Source: Phoronis australis
Lineage: Eukaryota; Animalia; Phoronida
Direction: 5' to 3'
NCBI GenBank assembly: GCA_002633005.1
Contig: NMRA01000360.1
Coordinates: forward strand, 375,065-439,064
Length of the DNA stretch: 64,000 nucleotides
Positions 48,601-59,954 of this stretch are shown here, one piece after another (positions within the stretch are counted from its first letter, which is position 1; the number at the start of each line of letters is the position of its first letter). Below the pieces are notes generated by a model, which was not told the origin of the DNA, did no database searches, and saw only the letters and a list, made by a program, of their open reading frames with translations. The position numbers were made by a program, and so were the translations under genes.

Positions 48601-51600
48601 GTCTGGGCATCCGGCGTCTGCTGCTGTATCTCCTAAACCCTTTGCGGGATCTTATTGAAATTTGGCTGGTGTGTTCCTAGGGGGTTGAGGACAGAGGGCA
48701 ACAAGTTTCAGACCAACCTGAATACCGCTGTGCCTCCTAGTGGGAATTTCAGTTTTTTACGTTTGCCTCTGTATTGTCAAAATTCCTCAACTGATTTTCC
48801 TGAAATTTGGCACATAGGCATGTATTAATGAAGTGACGCTATCTTTCCATTTTCGGATGGATTCGAGGCATTTTGTGCCATCTAGTGGCCATTTTTACTA
48901 TTTTCGAGTCTGTTTTTGGGCGTCTGCCCTTCTATCAACCAAACCACTCTATGAATGATTGTGAAAATTGGCATGTATGCTCTTACTATGAAGAGGATGG
49001 TTGACGATGGTTTTCCGATGACTTCAACTACAGTGGCACCTCATAGTGGCAGTTTTGTTTGTTTTTGCGCCCATGGCTGTATGGCCTAAACGCTCTACGG
49101 GAGCTTTATTGAATTTAGCAAATGTATTTACTTGAAGTTGACAGCAGACGATGAAGACTTTCTGACAGATCGGACTACCGGTGTGCCCCCTAGTGGCAAT
49201 TTTAGTTATTTACGTTTAATGCTGTATCTTCAAAAGTCCTCAACGGATTTCCATAAAACTTGGCAGATAGGCATCTATTAATGAGTTGATGTTAGCCATT
49301 CATTTTCAGATTGATTCAAGGTATTTTGCGCCACCTAGTGGCCATTTTTGTTGTTTCGAATCTGTCTGTCCCTCAGTTAACCAAACCACTCCAAAGATGA
49401 TTGTGAAAATTGGTTTGTATGTTCTTATTATGTGGAGGACAGTTGACGACTGACGGCTGTGGCGCCTCCTAGTAGCAGTTTCGTTTTTTGCACCTAAACC
49501 TGTATATCCTAAGCCTTCTGCTGGATCTTCATTAATTTTAACATGTTTATTTATATGAAGTTAACAACAGAAGACGACGACTTTCAGACGGATCCAACGA
49601 ACATTGTGCCCCCAAGTGGCATTTTCATTTTTTCCCGTTTTCCTCTGTTTCTCTTGCAATTCCTTGACGAGTATTCATGAAATTTGTTAAATAGCTTTCT
49701 TTTAAAGAAACGATTACATTTTCCAGTTTTCAGACTGATTCAATGTTTTTTGCGACATTGTTACTATTTTCTAGTTGTTTTTGGCATCCGCCCTCTGTTG
49801 ACCAAACCACTTTTAGGATGATTGTGAAAATTGGCGTATATGTTCTTAGTATGAAGAGGACAGTTGGCGATGATTTTCCGACTTCAATTACTGTGTCGCC
49901 TCCTAATGGCAGTTTTTTTTGCGCCTTTAGCTGTATCTCCTTAGCCCTCTGCAGGATCTTTATTAATTTTAGCAAGTGTATTTATATGGAGTTGACAACG
50001 GAAGACGACAAATTTCAGATGGGTCCGATGAATGCTTTGCCCCCTAGTGGGAATTTCATTTTTCTGTTTTCCCCTGTTTCTCTAAAGTTCCTTTACAGAT
50101 TTTCATGAAATGTGGTAAATAGCTTTCTGTTAAAAAACGGTGACGTTTTCCCATTTTTTGATGGATTCGAATTATTTTGCACCATCTAGTGGCCATTTTT
50201 ATGATACAGATAAATACCCCTAGAAGCACACCATTTTCAGTGCATTTGTGGGCGCATTTCAATGCTCAGGGTTGCTCTCGTAAAAAGTCAGTGCTTGTTT
50301 TGCATTTTCATGCTAATAGTAAATCTCCTTCTGCTTGCAGACCCCCTGCAATCACCAACTGGTCCTTCAGCCAGTGATCGGTTCAGCTCTCCCGCTGCAG
50401 GCTCAGCTAAGCGTCGCCTGTTCGGTCCACCCAGTAATCCAATCTCTACAGGGACACCTACAACGGGGGTGTCAACACAACCCACTCAGTTAATCGCCTA
50501 TCAGTCTGTACAGACCACAGATGGAAAACCGGTGAGTGTGACAGTGACTTGCTCTTCGACATATGGCTGGCGATCGTCCACATTTTTTAAAGAATGTAGC
50601 GTGGTTAAAATAGAATAATGTAATGCTGAGTGGCGCTGTCAAATCTGTTTATGAGTTATGATGGTGCTTAACATGTTGCATTCTAATTTTCCTGTTATGC
50701 GCCCACTTATTTTTATGTGGACGCATTATGCCGTCATCTCCACCCGTCCGTCTGGCATCCGCTGCTTTATCTCCAAAACCGATTCACGTATGTTCCTCAA
50801 ATTTTGCACATGTGTTCCTTTCATATATGGGACGACATGAGCGAACTTTCGGATGGATCCGACTACCAGTGTGCCCCCTAGTGGCAATTTTAGTTTTTAC
50901 ATTTACCACTGTATCTTTAAAGGTCCTCAACATATTTTCACAAAATTTGGTATATAGGCGTCTATTATTAGTGAGGCAACGCTATCCTCCCGTTTTAGGA
51001 TGGATTCGACGTAGTTTGCGCCACCTAGTGGCCGTTGTTACTGTTTTCAAGAGTCCGTTTTTTAGCGTCCACCCCTCTATCACCCAAACCGCTCTAAGCA
51101 TGATTGTGAAAATTGGCATGTATGTTCTTACTATGAAGAGGACGGTCGACGATGACAACTTCGACTACTGTGGCGCCTCATAGTGGTAGTTTTGTTTTGT
51201 GCCCATAGCTGTACCTCCTAAGCCCACTGCAGGATCTTTATTAAATTTAATTAGTAAGTGTCTTTATAAGAAGCTAACAACAGACAATGATGACTTTCAG
51301 GCGGATCCAATGAACAGTGTGCCCCCTATTGGCAATTTCATTTTATTCTGTTTTACTTTGTGTCTCTGAAGTTCAGTGACAGATTTTTATGAAATTAGGT
51401 GTATGGCTTTCTACTAAAGAAGCAATGACATTTTCCTATTTTCCTATCGATTGTACGTTTTTGCGCCATATAGTGGCCATAATTATGAAACAAATATACA
51501 ACCCTAAAAGCACACCATTTGCAATACATTCGTGAGCGCATTTCAACACACTGCATTGCTCTTGATATATTTCATGAACATACTAAATAAGGTTTATTTA

Positions 51601-54600
51601 GTTCACCGATGTGTATTCAGTTGAGTCAATATTTGTCCTAATGGCATTCCTCTCATAGTTTAAAACATGGGCAGCGATAAAATGCAGTTTCCTGGTGCAG
51701 TGAAAATGGTATTTTGTCTCTTTAAGCTGCTGTAAACGCTTGGTTTAGACCTCACAAGCTGGTCTCATCTTGTGCTTAGACCTCCTCACAAGCGGGTCTC
51801 ATCTTGTGTTTAGACCTCCTCAGAAGCTGATCTCATCTTGTGCTTAGACCTCCTCACAAGCTGGTCTCATCTTGTGCTTAGACCTCCTCACAAGCGGGTC
51901 TCGTGCTTTACTTAGATGAGAAGTTGTTCTCAGCTTGGACAGACCCGATAGTTCACTGCTGCTTGAGACTGTACTCAGTGAATAAAGTGATCGGCCGTTG
52001 CAAGCCTGGTCTAAGCTGGTGAATTTTTTTGGTCTAAACTCTTTCTAAGCCACAAACCATGGGAGTGATTAGCAAGATAACACCAGTTCTTCACAAATCA
52101 GTGTTTTCCCTACGTGTTAAAACATGGTGCCTCACCGTATTTTAATTTGAAATGTTTTCCACTGAGTGTTGAAATCTTCAGCTGCGTTTGAGGACTCTAA
52201 GCCATGTTTTAAAAGTCCTGAACTATCTTTGAAAAGCCAGAGTTGCAAGACAAATGATTGAAACAGTGCTGAATGGTGATTTTTATTTTCATTATCTTGC
52301 AGTCAAAAGGATAGTGACAGGCCCAGCAAGTGAAAATAATGTCTAATTCTCGCTGTTTCTGAATTATTTAACAGAAGCGAAATAAGGTTGTAGAATTTGC
52401 ACCATGTTTGAATTCTTGCTCAGGGAGAATCCTGCAAATTTTAGTGGTCTAAACCAGAACCTAGATTTTCAGCATCTTTATTTCTTCATTTGTATGGCTA
52501 TTATTTTTAAGACGGATTATTCCATGCTCGGTCCTCATGTGTGTTCTATCATATGGCAGGTATTGATTCCCGTCACATTAATCCCCGCCCAGTCACCGCA
52601 GGGGTCCTCAAACCCTGGCTCTGGTGGAGGTACGCCTGTCAAGGGGAAGAAGAAAACAGGCTCTCTGGCACTATTCTTCAGAAAGGTAAAAGTGAGATGG
52701 AGTTAAGAAGTTCGAGTTTGTTTTCTAAGGCCGGTTAATTCAGTTTGTAGTCCAGGGCCGGGTCATAAAGTTAGTAGTCTAGGGCAGAGTTATACAGTTT
52801 GGTGTCTGAAGCCAAGGTTGGATGAAGATAGCTCTGTAACAATTCACAATGCAGTCCGATTGGTATAGAATTGTACGGCACACTTGGTTGTAGTTCTGAT
52901 CAGGAAATTGGAAATTAGGGTAGACAGAAGATGTTTATTCCTCTGGAAGGTTGATGTGATTTTTATGAAGAGATTTTCATGTGATTATTTTAACCCTCGC
53001 AATTAGTCAAAGAACACCTTGTGAGTGTTCTCTTGGCACGCTTATGCCGGTTCGTCTAAAAGGAGAAATGAAATTGTTTCTACTCTGAATCTGAAATGCA
53101 GAATTCCTTGTGGTTGGCGCTTGAAAGTTTTCTCCATGTTACGAGTCCCCAGCTGGACATGTACATTTTGGTTTTGGTACACTTGAGTCAGTTCCTTTTC
53201 CATCGACTAGGTGTACCACCTGGCAAGCGTGCGCATGAAGGATCTCTGCGACCGGCTCGGAATAGGCAGAGATCTGCGCCAGAAAGTGTGGACGTGTTTT
53301 GAGAACGTTATGGTGCACCACTCTGATTTACTCAAGGACAGGCACCTTGACCAATTTATCATGTGTTCCATTTACATGATGTCCAAGGTGAGTTGATGTT
53401 GGTATTAAGGTTGCTTTTAAAGTCTTACACAGTGCATGTAAGTCGCAAACTTGTGGCTGTGAAACTTCCTGCTGTGGAATTCAAAGAACTCTATTCGGTC
53501 TATAACCAATACCCAGCTCCTAAACAGATCTGAAGGTCCACCAAAGGGCTTTTCACCACGTGGTGAAATGGATGTAAACCAAGAGAATGGGAGGAAAATT
53601 TTTGTTCAGTGTTTTAGCACTAACCAAATCAAATTCCCTTGGCACATTTAGAAAACTGCAAACAGTCTTACCAGTGAAATTTCACCTCTACTTTTCTCTA
53701 ACAACGATGAATCAAATCGTCTGCCGTCTTTTAATCTTAGTTTTTTACCTAATAACGTCATGTATTGACCCGATTGCCAGCCAATCAGCCAAGTGAATGC
53801 TTCAGTTCATGAGTTCACAAAAAATGCGAGAGTGGGAGAGTGACTAGCAAATGGTAAAACAGTTGAATCTTCAAGTGAATACGTTCTGTCGAAGGGCTTG
53901 ATTTCTGTGCAATTATTTTTGCAGTATTATTTCAGCAAATAAATGTGTTCATGCAATCTCAATTTCGACGCGTGCGGGTTAATGTTTGACGTGCAATTCG
54001 AGTGATTTGTATGGCACTTGATTCTACACTCTTTCACTGTGTGGACTTCCAACCCTGTTTACTGACTGTTTGGTCCATGGCTTTAGCATGTGTATTAAAA
54101 AACAAAATAAAGCGTTCCGCCACAAAACTTGAACCAAAACCATAGTTTTCAAAGATGGAAGTTTATAATATTGGTTTTCTCTCGCCCTATTGATCGCTGC
54201 TCCGAGATAGGTCGCTTGTTTGAGAAAGTACCAATACTTTCCAATATTGTGTCCTGGTCATTATAGTTAACCCTGAAAAACAATAGTCTAATACTGAGTC
54301 AAGTGCATTGTTTAGGGTCGTTTGCGTGAGGGAGAACAGTCATTTTTGGCTTAGTGATATTGGTGTCGAGTCGTCACTTTTCTAACCTGTACTGAACACA
54401 TCACTGCCTTGAATTTGGTGCCATCGCACAGATATTACACATCCTAGGTGAGTCTGTTAGGTTTCGAACACTTCGGTTTCAGTCTTTAACTAATCAGTCT
54501 TAAAATCTTAGTCTTAAAATGGGTGTTGGACTGTTTGAATATTGTTGAACATTTATATTAAAAGGTGACTGAATCCGGCCAGTCCTTCCAAGAGATCATG

Positions 54601-57600
54601 AAGATGTACAGGTTGCAGCCCCAAGCAAATAGCCATGTAAGCTATATTAGACAACTGTTCACAATTGTTTGTTCATAAGTTTGAATAGAGAAATAGTGTT
54701 TGGAATTTACTATCATTTGAAACGGTCATCAATCAAGTCGAATAATGTTCTCAACTTTTTTTTGTTCCTTAAAGCTATGTCTAAATAGGGACAAGGTATA
54801 CAGCAATTTATGAAGACAAAAGTAATTGTACAAGCCATAACTAATCATACAAGATACCGTTTCCCTGTCACAATTGGTCCTTCTAGCTTGTTTGATGCGA
54901 GTATTAAGGAACATGTTATGATGATATGCACATTATTTTTCATTGATGGCACGTTTTGAATCGCTTTAAAACTGATTGAACAATGTTTTTGTTGATCTGT
55001 CTTACTTGTGTAACATTGGTTTGACACTGTAAAAATAATTATGAAAACCAGAAAACACCATCTACACGTCACTTTTGCTCAACCTCAAATAATGAATTTT
55101 TACGAGCGTCAAATTTAGAAAGCACAATAAAAATATTCTGCCAAACTGCTTGAAGGATTGTTATGAAAATTGGAAGAGGTGTTCTTACTGAGAAGAGAAT
55201 GGCTAATGTTGATTTTCGTACGAGTCCAACTACTGACATTTTTTTGCCTGTGGCTCAATATCTACCAGGACACTTGATGTATCTTAATAAAAATGGGGGC
55301 TGCCCTCATTTGCACATGGCAGCGTATATCTGCATTGCCCTTGTTTTCTCTGAACAGTGAGGCTGAGATTTCAAAATGAGTCAATTACAGACCAGAAACA
55401 ATTGCGCTATTTTGTTTGGCCTTACGGGCAGCAGTTTTCACCACAATGTAGACCTGGGGTCTGTTTCATGAAAAAGGACTTATGGTTTAATTACAAATTA
55501 GGTGGTATGCTCCATATATTTCTGAAAAATATAAAAAAATCTCACCTGAGCAAAAGTGCAAGGTCTCTTAGAACATATACACGACTGCAAGTTTCTGAGA
55601 ACAAATCTCTATTAGTTATTTCTAGACTGTGATGAACTCGTAGTTACTTAGCTAAACCTTTATTTAGCAGTTGTAAAGTGAAAGTGAAAGAACAAATTTC
55701 TCTCTTAAATCTTAAGTCGCCCTCCATGAAACAGACCCTTTACCTTATTCTTAGCAATATATGGTAATAGTCATTTTTAATTTGGGTCATGCCATCTCCT
55801 ACAGGTGTATAGAAGTGTACTGCTGGCACATCGCCATCGACGGACTTCAGGGGGCAGTAGTGATAGCGGAGGTCGTAACGGTGCCAGTCGGTCATCATCG
55901 CCCACAGATGCGGATGAAAAAGAGAAAAGTGAGTGTTGGTGTTCTTTTGTTGTATTCCTAGTTATTTTGTTTTTTACACCAAAGCCATGATAGACAGGTG
56001 CATTCAGTATTTTGATTTAATGTTCCTCGCTGTAATGCTATTGAACGTATTTACACAATGTTTCTGTTTCAGAGAGGGCTGAACGCCTGAGCTCCATCCG
56101 ATCCACTAGTACTTTACCGGTGCCCCAGCCCAACAGCCAGCCCCCCACCCCCACCAGGATGCTTGGTGTCGCTGCCACCTTTGAATCAGAAGACCGCGGC
56201 GATGTGATCAAATTCTACAACTCTGTACGTCATCATGTTATGTTTTCAAGCTTTGTGATATAATCTGTCAGAATTAGTGCTGTTTCAATTACCATCTTAG
56301 AGATTGTTGTTGGATAGGATGGTGTTTTTGAAGTCATCAGTTTTGACAGGATGTGCAAAATGATAAAATCCATTGTTTTTGTGATTTTCTTACAGATAGT
56401 TAATTATCACCATTGTCTGCCACACATTCACCGAGACCAGCAACTTTACCTGTCAAATATAATTAAATTACTCTGTCTTTTATTAATTGAGATTTTGCTC
56501 AGCCAGCAGAGCATTTGAGAGTTTGTATCCTGGCAGGGACTGTTCTCAGAAAATCACTTTCTTTGCCAACATCACTTGAAACTGCCGTTTCCTTCTTTTC
56601 TGATATATCTCATCCTGGACGTTACATCACTATTACATCAGTATTACATCACACAGAGGATCGAAACACTTGCAATCCTGTGATTTGTTTCTTCAAAGCA
56701 TTAGTGTACCAGATCATTTGATGTTTATGTAATGAAAACTCACCAAAGAAGTTTGTTGTATTGTATCTTATGCATTGCAGGTTTTTGTCAAGAAACTTAA
56801 GGAATTCGCCCTCAAGTTCAGTAGTAATCAACAGGTAATACTTTCAGTGTTATAGTGATTTGAAAATCTGAGTTACCCTATTTTGCGCTTGTTTCTGAAA
56901 GAGCGATTTTCCAAAAGTTTCTTTGCCAAAATGTTTCGCATACAGGCACAAGCAGTCAGTTACTGGTTGTAGATGTTCATGTGTTGAACTGGGGATTTTG
57001 TGTGTCTTGTCCATATTTAGTAGTCTTGTAGTTGGTTATTCTTAAATTCAGTACACGTCTACCTCAACCTTTTTGTGATGAATGAGTCAAGATCCACACG
57101 CGTGCTATTTTAAAACTTTTTCCTTGGTTTTACTGGTGTGATTTGCATATAGAAATGCGTGGCTAATTCCAGTAATGTGGGAAAACTAAGTGATCCCAAG
57201 AAAGGTGGTTTTGACAGTCAGTGAGGTGGGTTGGGAGTCGACTCGAAGGTCAAAATCTTTACTCTAGCTAATGTTTATATGTAAAAGTTAACCTGCTTGG
57301 CAGATATTGTGTGTTGTGTCAAAAAAGCCTTATTATAATTCTGCATCCTGTGATGATACCCGGTCTTCGTTCATAGTGCCCCGCGTTATCGCCCATGCCG
57401 GAGCAGCGGCTGCACAGCACATCGCCCCGCCGGCAGGTGTCCAAGAACCACGAAGTATACATCTCTCCCATCAAGGGTATCTCGGCCACGCCCCTCAGCC
57501 CTGCCAGTCGACTACTCTATTGCTTCAATAGGAGCCCCTCTAAGGTAAGGTTTACTTGTCGTGAGGAACATTCAGTGATAGTAAGGATGTACTGAGCAAC

Positions 57601-59313
57601 CTCTGGTTGAATTTTCTGTCTGTCAGCCTATTTATTTTCTTGCTCACCTCTTAAATTTGTGTTAGGAAGTTGCTAAAAAGTGCGTCTGGCACCTTTAAAC
57701 GCGAAGGCAACGTTTTTTCAAGTCTTTTTTAGCAAAAATAAGGTTCGTTGGTTATCCCAGACACATTTTCCACTTAATTACAGCTTTTTGTAATTTAATT
57801 AATTATTCGTTGTCTACTCCAGAAGTGACATTTTGGGAGGCAAAAATTTCCCGCCTATTTCTTTTTGTATAGTCTGACTGTGAGAGCTGCCGAGTCAGTT
57901 ATTGTATCTCGGTTTTGATTAGTTCGGTCATTGTGTGATTTTGTTTACAAGTCAGTCAACATGCCACACTGTTGCTGCGTACCGGGATGTACTCATTATC
58001 ATCTCATGGACAGAGGAACAACTGTCCCACTTGCCCGAATGTCCGCGACACACTCCTACTGATAGTGACCTGAGCAAACAAACTGTTTACACCCCGCCGT
58101 GTGACTCCCTTGCCACACACCTGGCACCTTCTAAATAGCTCCAATACTTTAGACAAGTCCACAAAATTTTGCTCACCGATCTGTTCATTGAACGACGAAC
58201 TGTCATCGTCATTTGGTTTTGAACGGGGCCTGTATTCACTCCCACTACTCAACATCGCAGCAGGGCTGCTTTACAGGCTTTGGGCCATAATGAGTACATC
58301 CCAGTACGCAGCAACAGTGTGGCATGTTGACTGACTCTTAAGCAAAAACAAACGACGACTGAACTAATGACAACCGAGGTAGATGAATGACTGACTCGAC
58401 AATGCTCATATAGTCAGATTATGGGAAAAGAAATTGGCGCAAAATCCTTGCCTCCCAAAACGTCACTTCCGGAGTAGATAACGAATAATTAATCAAATTA
58501 CGAAAAGCTGTAATTAAGTGGAAAATATGTATGGGATAATCATCGAACCTTATTTTTGCTAAAAATGACATGAAAAAAGGTTGCCTTCGCCTTTAAGAGG
58601 TAATCACTTTGCTTTCTGCAAACTGCAAGGTGAAAGACCATTTCCTTTGAACTTGTCTAGCATGTGTGAATTTAAAAAAATATGTTTTGTGTTAGGCTGA
58701 TAGTGAAGGAAATGCAGTTGCTATAAATTCTCGTATTTGTTTGGGCATGTATAAAGGTGAATGCAATTGGCCGTCTTAATTTTGACATCGTTGCATCAAA
58801 ATGTCGTAGTTTGTTGTGGTCAGTGCCAACACATTGTGAAAAAGCAACTCGATGTTTAAAAACCGTCCACCTGTGTCATTTTTAGCGACGTTCTTTTTTC
58901 AAAAGCTACAAAAATGTACATTTAAGCTGTTTTTGTAACGAATTGGCTTGGCGACTCACCAACAATCATTTATTTCATAGTCTTTATTTGACTTGAGGCA
59001 GACACTGCCAGTCTGTTGCTAAAATCCCATTGTATAGTCGTGTACTAGCTACATAACTGTGGTTGATGAAATATGGTGTGTTTGTAACTTGTAATACAAT
59101 ACACTATGTTATGCATTACTGCAGGAGTTACGTGCAATCAACAAAATGATCAAGATGGGTGAAAGAAAACTGGTCGGCAAGCGCCTTCTACAGGAAGATG
59201 AGACAGACGGTGGTGCCGCTAAGAAGCCACGGCTGGAAAGCAGCGATTCCATTCTTATTAGAAAGCTGCAGACAGTGAACAATGACCGGCAAGAGGCGAA
59301 TGGGGGCCACTGA
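27672..59313 (+). CDS. RBL1: Retinoblastoma-like pocket protein (p107/p130 type), complete, 23 exons, about 1051 aa
   Basis: Exons: 27672-27809, 27951-28084, 29689-29889, 31228-31292, 33065-33190, 37022-37182, 42667-42734, 43332-43515, 43976-44145, 45519-45750, 46145-46227, 47121-47241, 47817-47915, 48339-48459, 50341-50531, 52560-52685, 53211-53387, 54565-54636, 55805-55928, 56073-56224, 56781-56834, 57377-57544, 59125-59313 (TGA); total 3156 nt, in frame. Motifs: NYTLEGNELHWLSCALYVACRK, LERNFAVSTVIFKKF, YEEYVLSVGDFDERVFL, pocket A FHKSLLACCLEIV, spacer cyclin site SAKRRLFG, pocket B GSLALFFRKVYHLASVR and DRHLDQFIMCSIY. Co-orthologous to RBL1 and RBL2. Confidence 0.96.
29043..29134. repeat. 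Short imperfect palindrome (mini-MITE-like)
   Basis: GGGTCCCTGATT..AACCAGTTACT / AGTAACTGGTT..AATCAGGGACCC. Confidence 0.6.
31779..32962. mobile_element. Degenerate Tc1/mariner-like non-autonomous element with a nested MITE (31847-32000)
   Basis: Outer ends CTGTAAACTCGCGAGTTAACGCCC / GGGCGTTAAACCGCAAGTTTATGG|TA; nested CAGTGGCGGAT...ATCCGCCCCTG flanked by ATTAC/ATTGC, interrupting a GGCGATTACCC subterminal motif. Confidence 0.7.
33313..36117 (+). repeat. Tandem duplication (33313-34738 vs 34740-36117) in an RBL intron; probable uncollapsed haplotypes
   Basis: Single N at 34739; purely intronic; a few percent divergence by eye. Confidence 0.85.
33483..33728. mobile_element. MITE with CAGTGTTCTCCACA TIRs (also in the duplicate, about 34910-35113)
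   Basis: CAGTGTTCTCCACA ... TGTGGAGAACACTG; no clear target site duplication. Confidence 0.75.
39160..40168. repeat. Tandem repeat of about 100 bp interrupted by a MITE
   Basis: Unit GTGTCTAGTATCTGGAGGATTGAGTGCAACCTGTTGGGCTTTAGTGC... starts at about 39160, 39262, 39361 and 40082. Confidence 0.85.
39390..40038. mobile_element. MITE with TIRs of about 110 bp; left end apparently clipped
   Basis: ATTGTTTACAATCCGACTCCATTAACGTACATACTT and its exact reverse complement ending at 40033; the inverted match continues through GGTGATTCCAAAAATGTATTACT. Confidence 0.88.
42153..42638. mobile_element. Second subfamily with CAGGGCTTGGAAT TIRs and 6-bp target site duplication; CpG-rich interior
   Basis: CTTAAC|CAGGGCTTGGAAT ... 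ATTCCAAGCCCAG|CTTAAC; repeated TTTCCGC(G) subterminal motifs. Confidence 0.9.
45067..45141. repeat. Short imperfect palindrome (mini-MITE-like)
   Basis: GGGGTTCC..TTTTGAGAACCAGTTT / AGACTGATTCTCAAAA..AGGACCCC. Confidence 0.6.
47951..48276. repeat. 163-bp direct tandem duplication, 2 copies
   Basis: TGTCTTTAGGGGAAGTAGG... starts at 47951 and 48114; near identical; no N at the junction. Confidence 0.9.
48550..50281 (+). mobile_element. Helentron-associated (HINE/DINE-like) non-autonomous element with about 11 internal ~145-bp repeats
   Basis: T-run followed by subterminal ATGCGCCCAC, nearby inverted GTGGG, internal tandem array, and 3' GTGGGCGCAT 50248-50257 followed by a short tail ending CTCTCGT. 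Confidence 0.75.
50695..51564 (+). mobile_element. Second copy of the same HINE-like family with 5 internal repeats
   Basis: ATGCGCCCAC..GTGGACGCAT 5' end, CCGTCCGTCTG microsatellite-like tract, the same repeats, and 3' GTGAGCGCAT...TTGCTCTTG. Confidence 0.75.
51746..51905. repeat. 34-bp minisatellite, about 4.7 copies
   Basis: Unit TAGACCTCCTCACAAGCKGGTCTCATCTTGTGYT. Confidence 0.92.
55457..55738. mobile_element. MITE with GGGTCTGTTTCATG TIRs
   Basis: GGGTCTGTTTCATG ... CATGAAACAGACCC. Confidence 0.75.
57699..58592. mobile_element. Fold-back element with TIRs of about 310 bp and TTAA flanks (Kolobok-like)
   Basis: TTAA|ACGCGAAGGCAAC ... GTTGCCTTCGCCT|TTAA; the inverted match runs inward to GGGATGTACTCATTAT/ATAATGAGTACATCCC; spacer about 280 bp. 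Confidence 0.88.
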
Positions 59314-59674
59314 TTTGTTGATGGGGTTGTTGCTGTTGGGTGTTGAGTGTTCCAAGTCTAAACTATTTGCCGTCCAGTTAACTCTGTATGGATCTAACGC
59401 AGTTTTCTCCACCTGGTGTCTGTTTTTGTGTGGTCAATCTCTAGACTTATTCAGTTGTCTCTCTTTACTTGATAGTTATCAATGCGTTTGGTTGAATTTG
59501 TGTCAATTTGTGATGGCTGTACGACTAGGCTTTTGTTACAAATAGGCAGGCAATCACTCATCCTCCTAGTCGCTGTGCACGCCTTGAATTTCCCTGTGCT
59601 CAGGACCGCCAAACCTTAATTGAGACTCGACCTGAAACTCTCCACTAAATAATTTCAAACGGTTGGTAGAATAC

Positions 59675-59954
59675 AAATTGATCATTTCTTATTTTCACAA
59701 CCAGAAAAGCGTTAGTACCTTGAGTTTTAGCTCCTCTCAGTAGCCATCTTCCGAAGCTATTGGACACTGGGTGGTGTGGTGATGAGACTGTTCCAAATTT
59801 TAGATAACTTATATCCCCCATTGTACCTAATGTAAACAGTGTCATCACCACGCCACCTAGTGTCCAATAGCTTCGGAAGATGGCTGCTGAAAGGTTCTGA
59901 AATTGTCAAGGTACGGGCGCTTTTCTGGTTGTGAAAATAAGAAGTAACCAATTT
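59675..59954 (+). repeat. Long inverted repeat (arms about 120 bp) in the presumed RBL 3'UTR
   Basis: TTCTTATTTTCACAACCAGAAAAGCG...GCCATCTTCCGAAGCTATTGGACACT pairs with AGTGTCCAATAGCTTCGGAAGATGGC...CGCTTTTCTGGTTGTGAAAATAAGAA. Confidence 0.92.

Noticed and set aside
49743-51183. Related ORFs (MIVKIGxYVL motif) as a repeated small protein family
   Set aside because: They are translations of the internal tandem repeats of the HINE-like elements, and the reading frames are not preserved between units.
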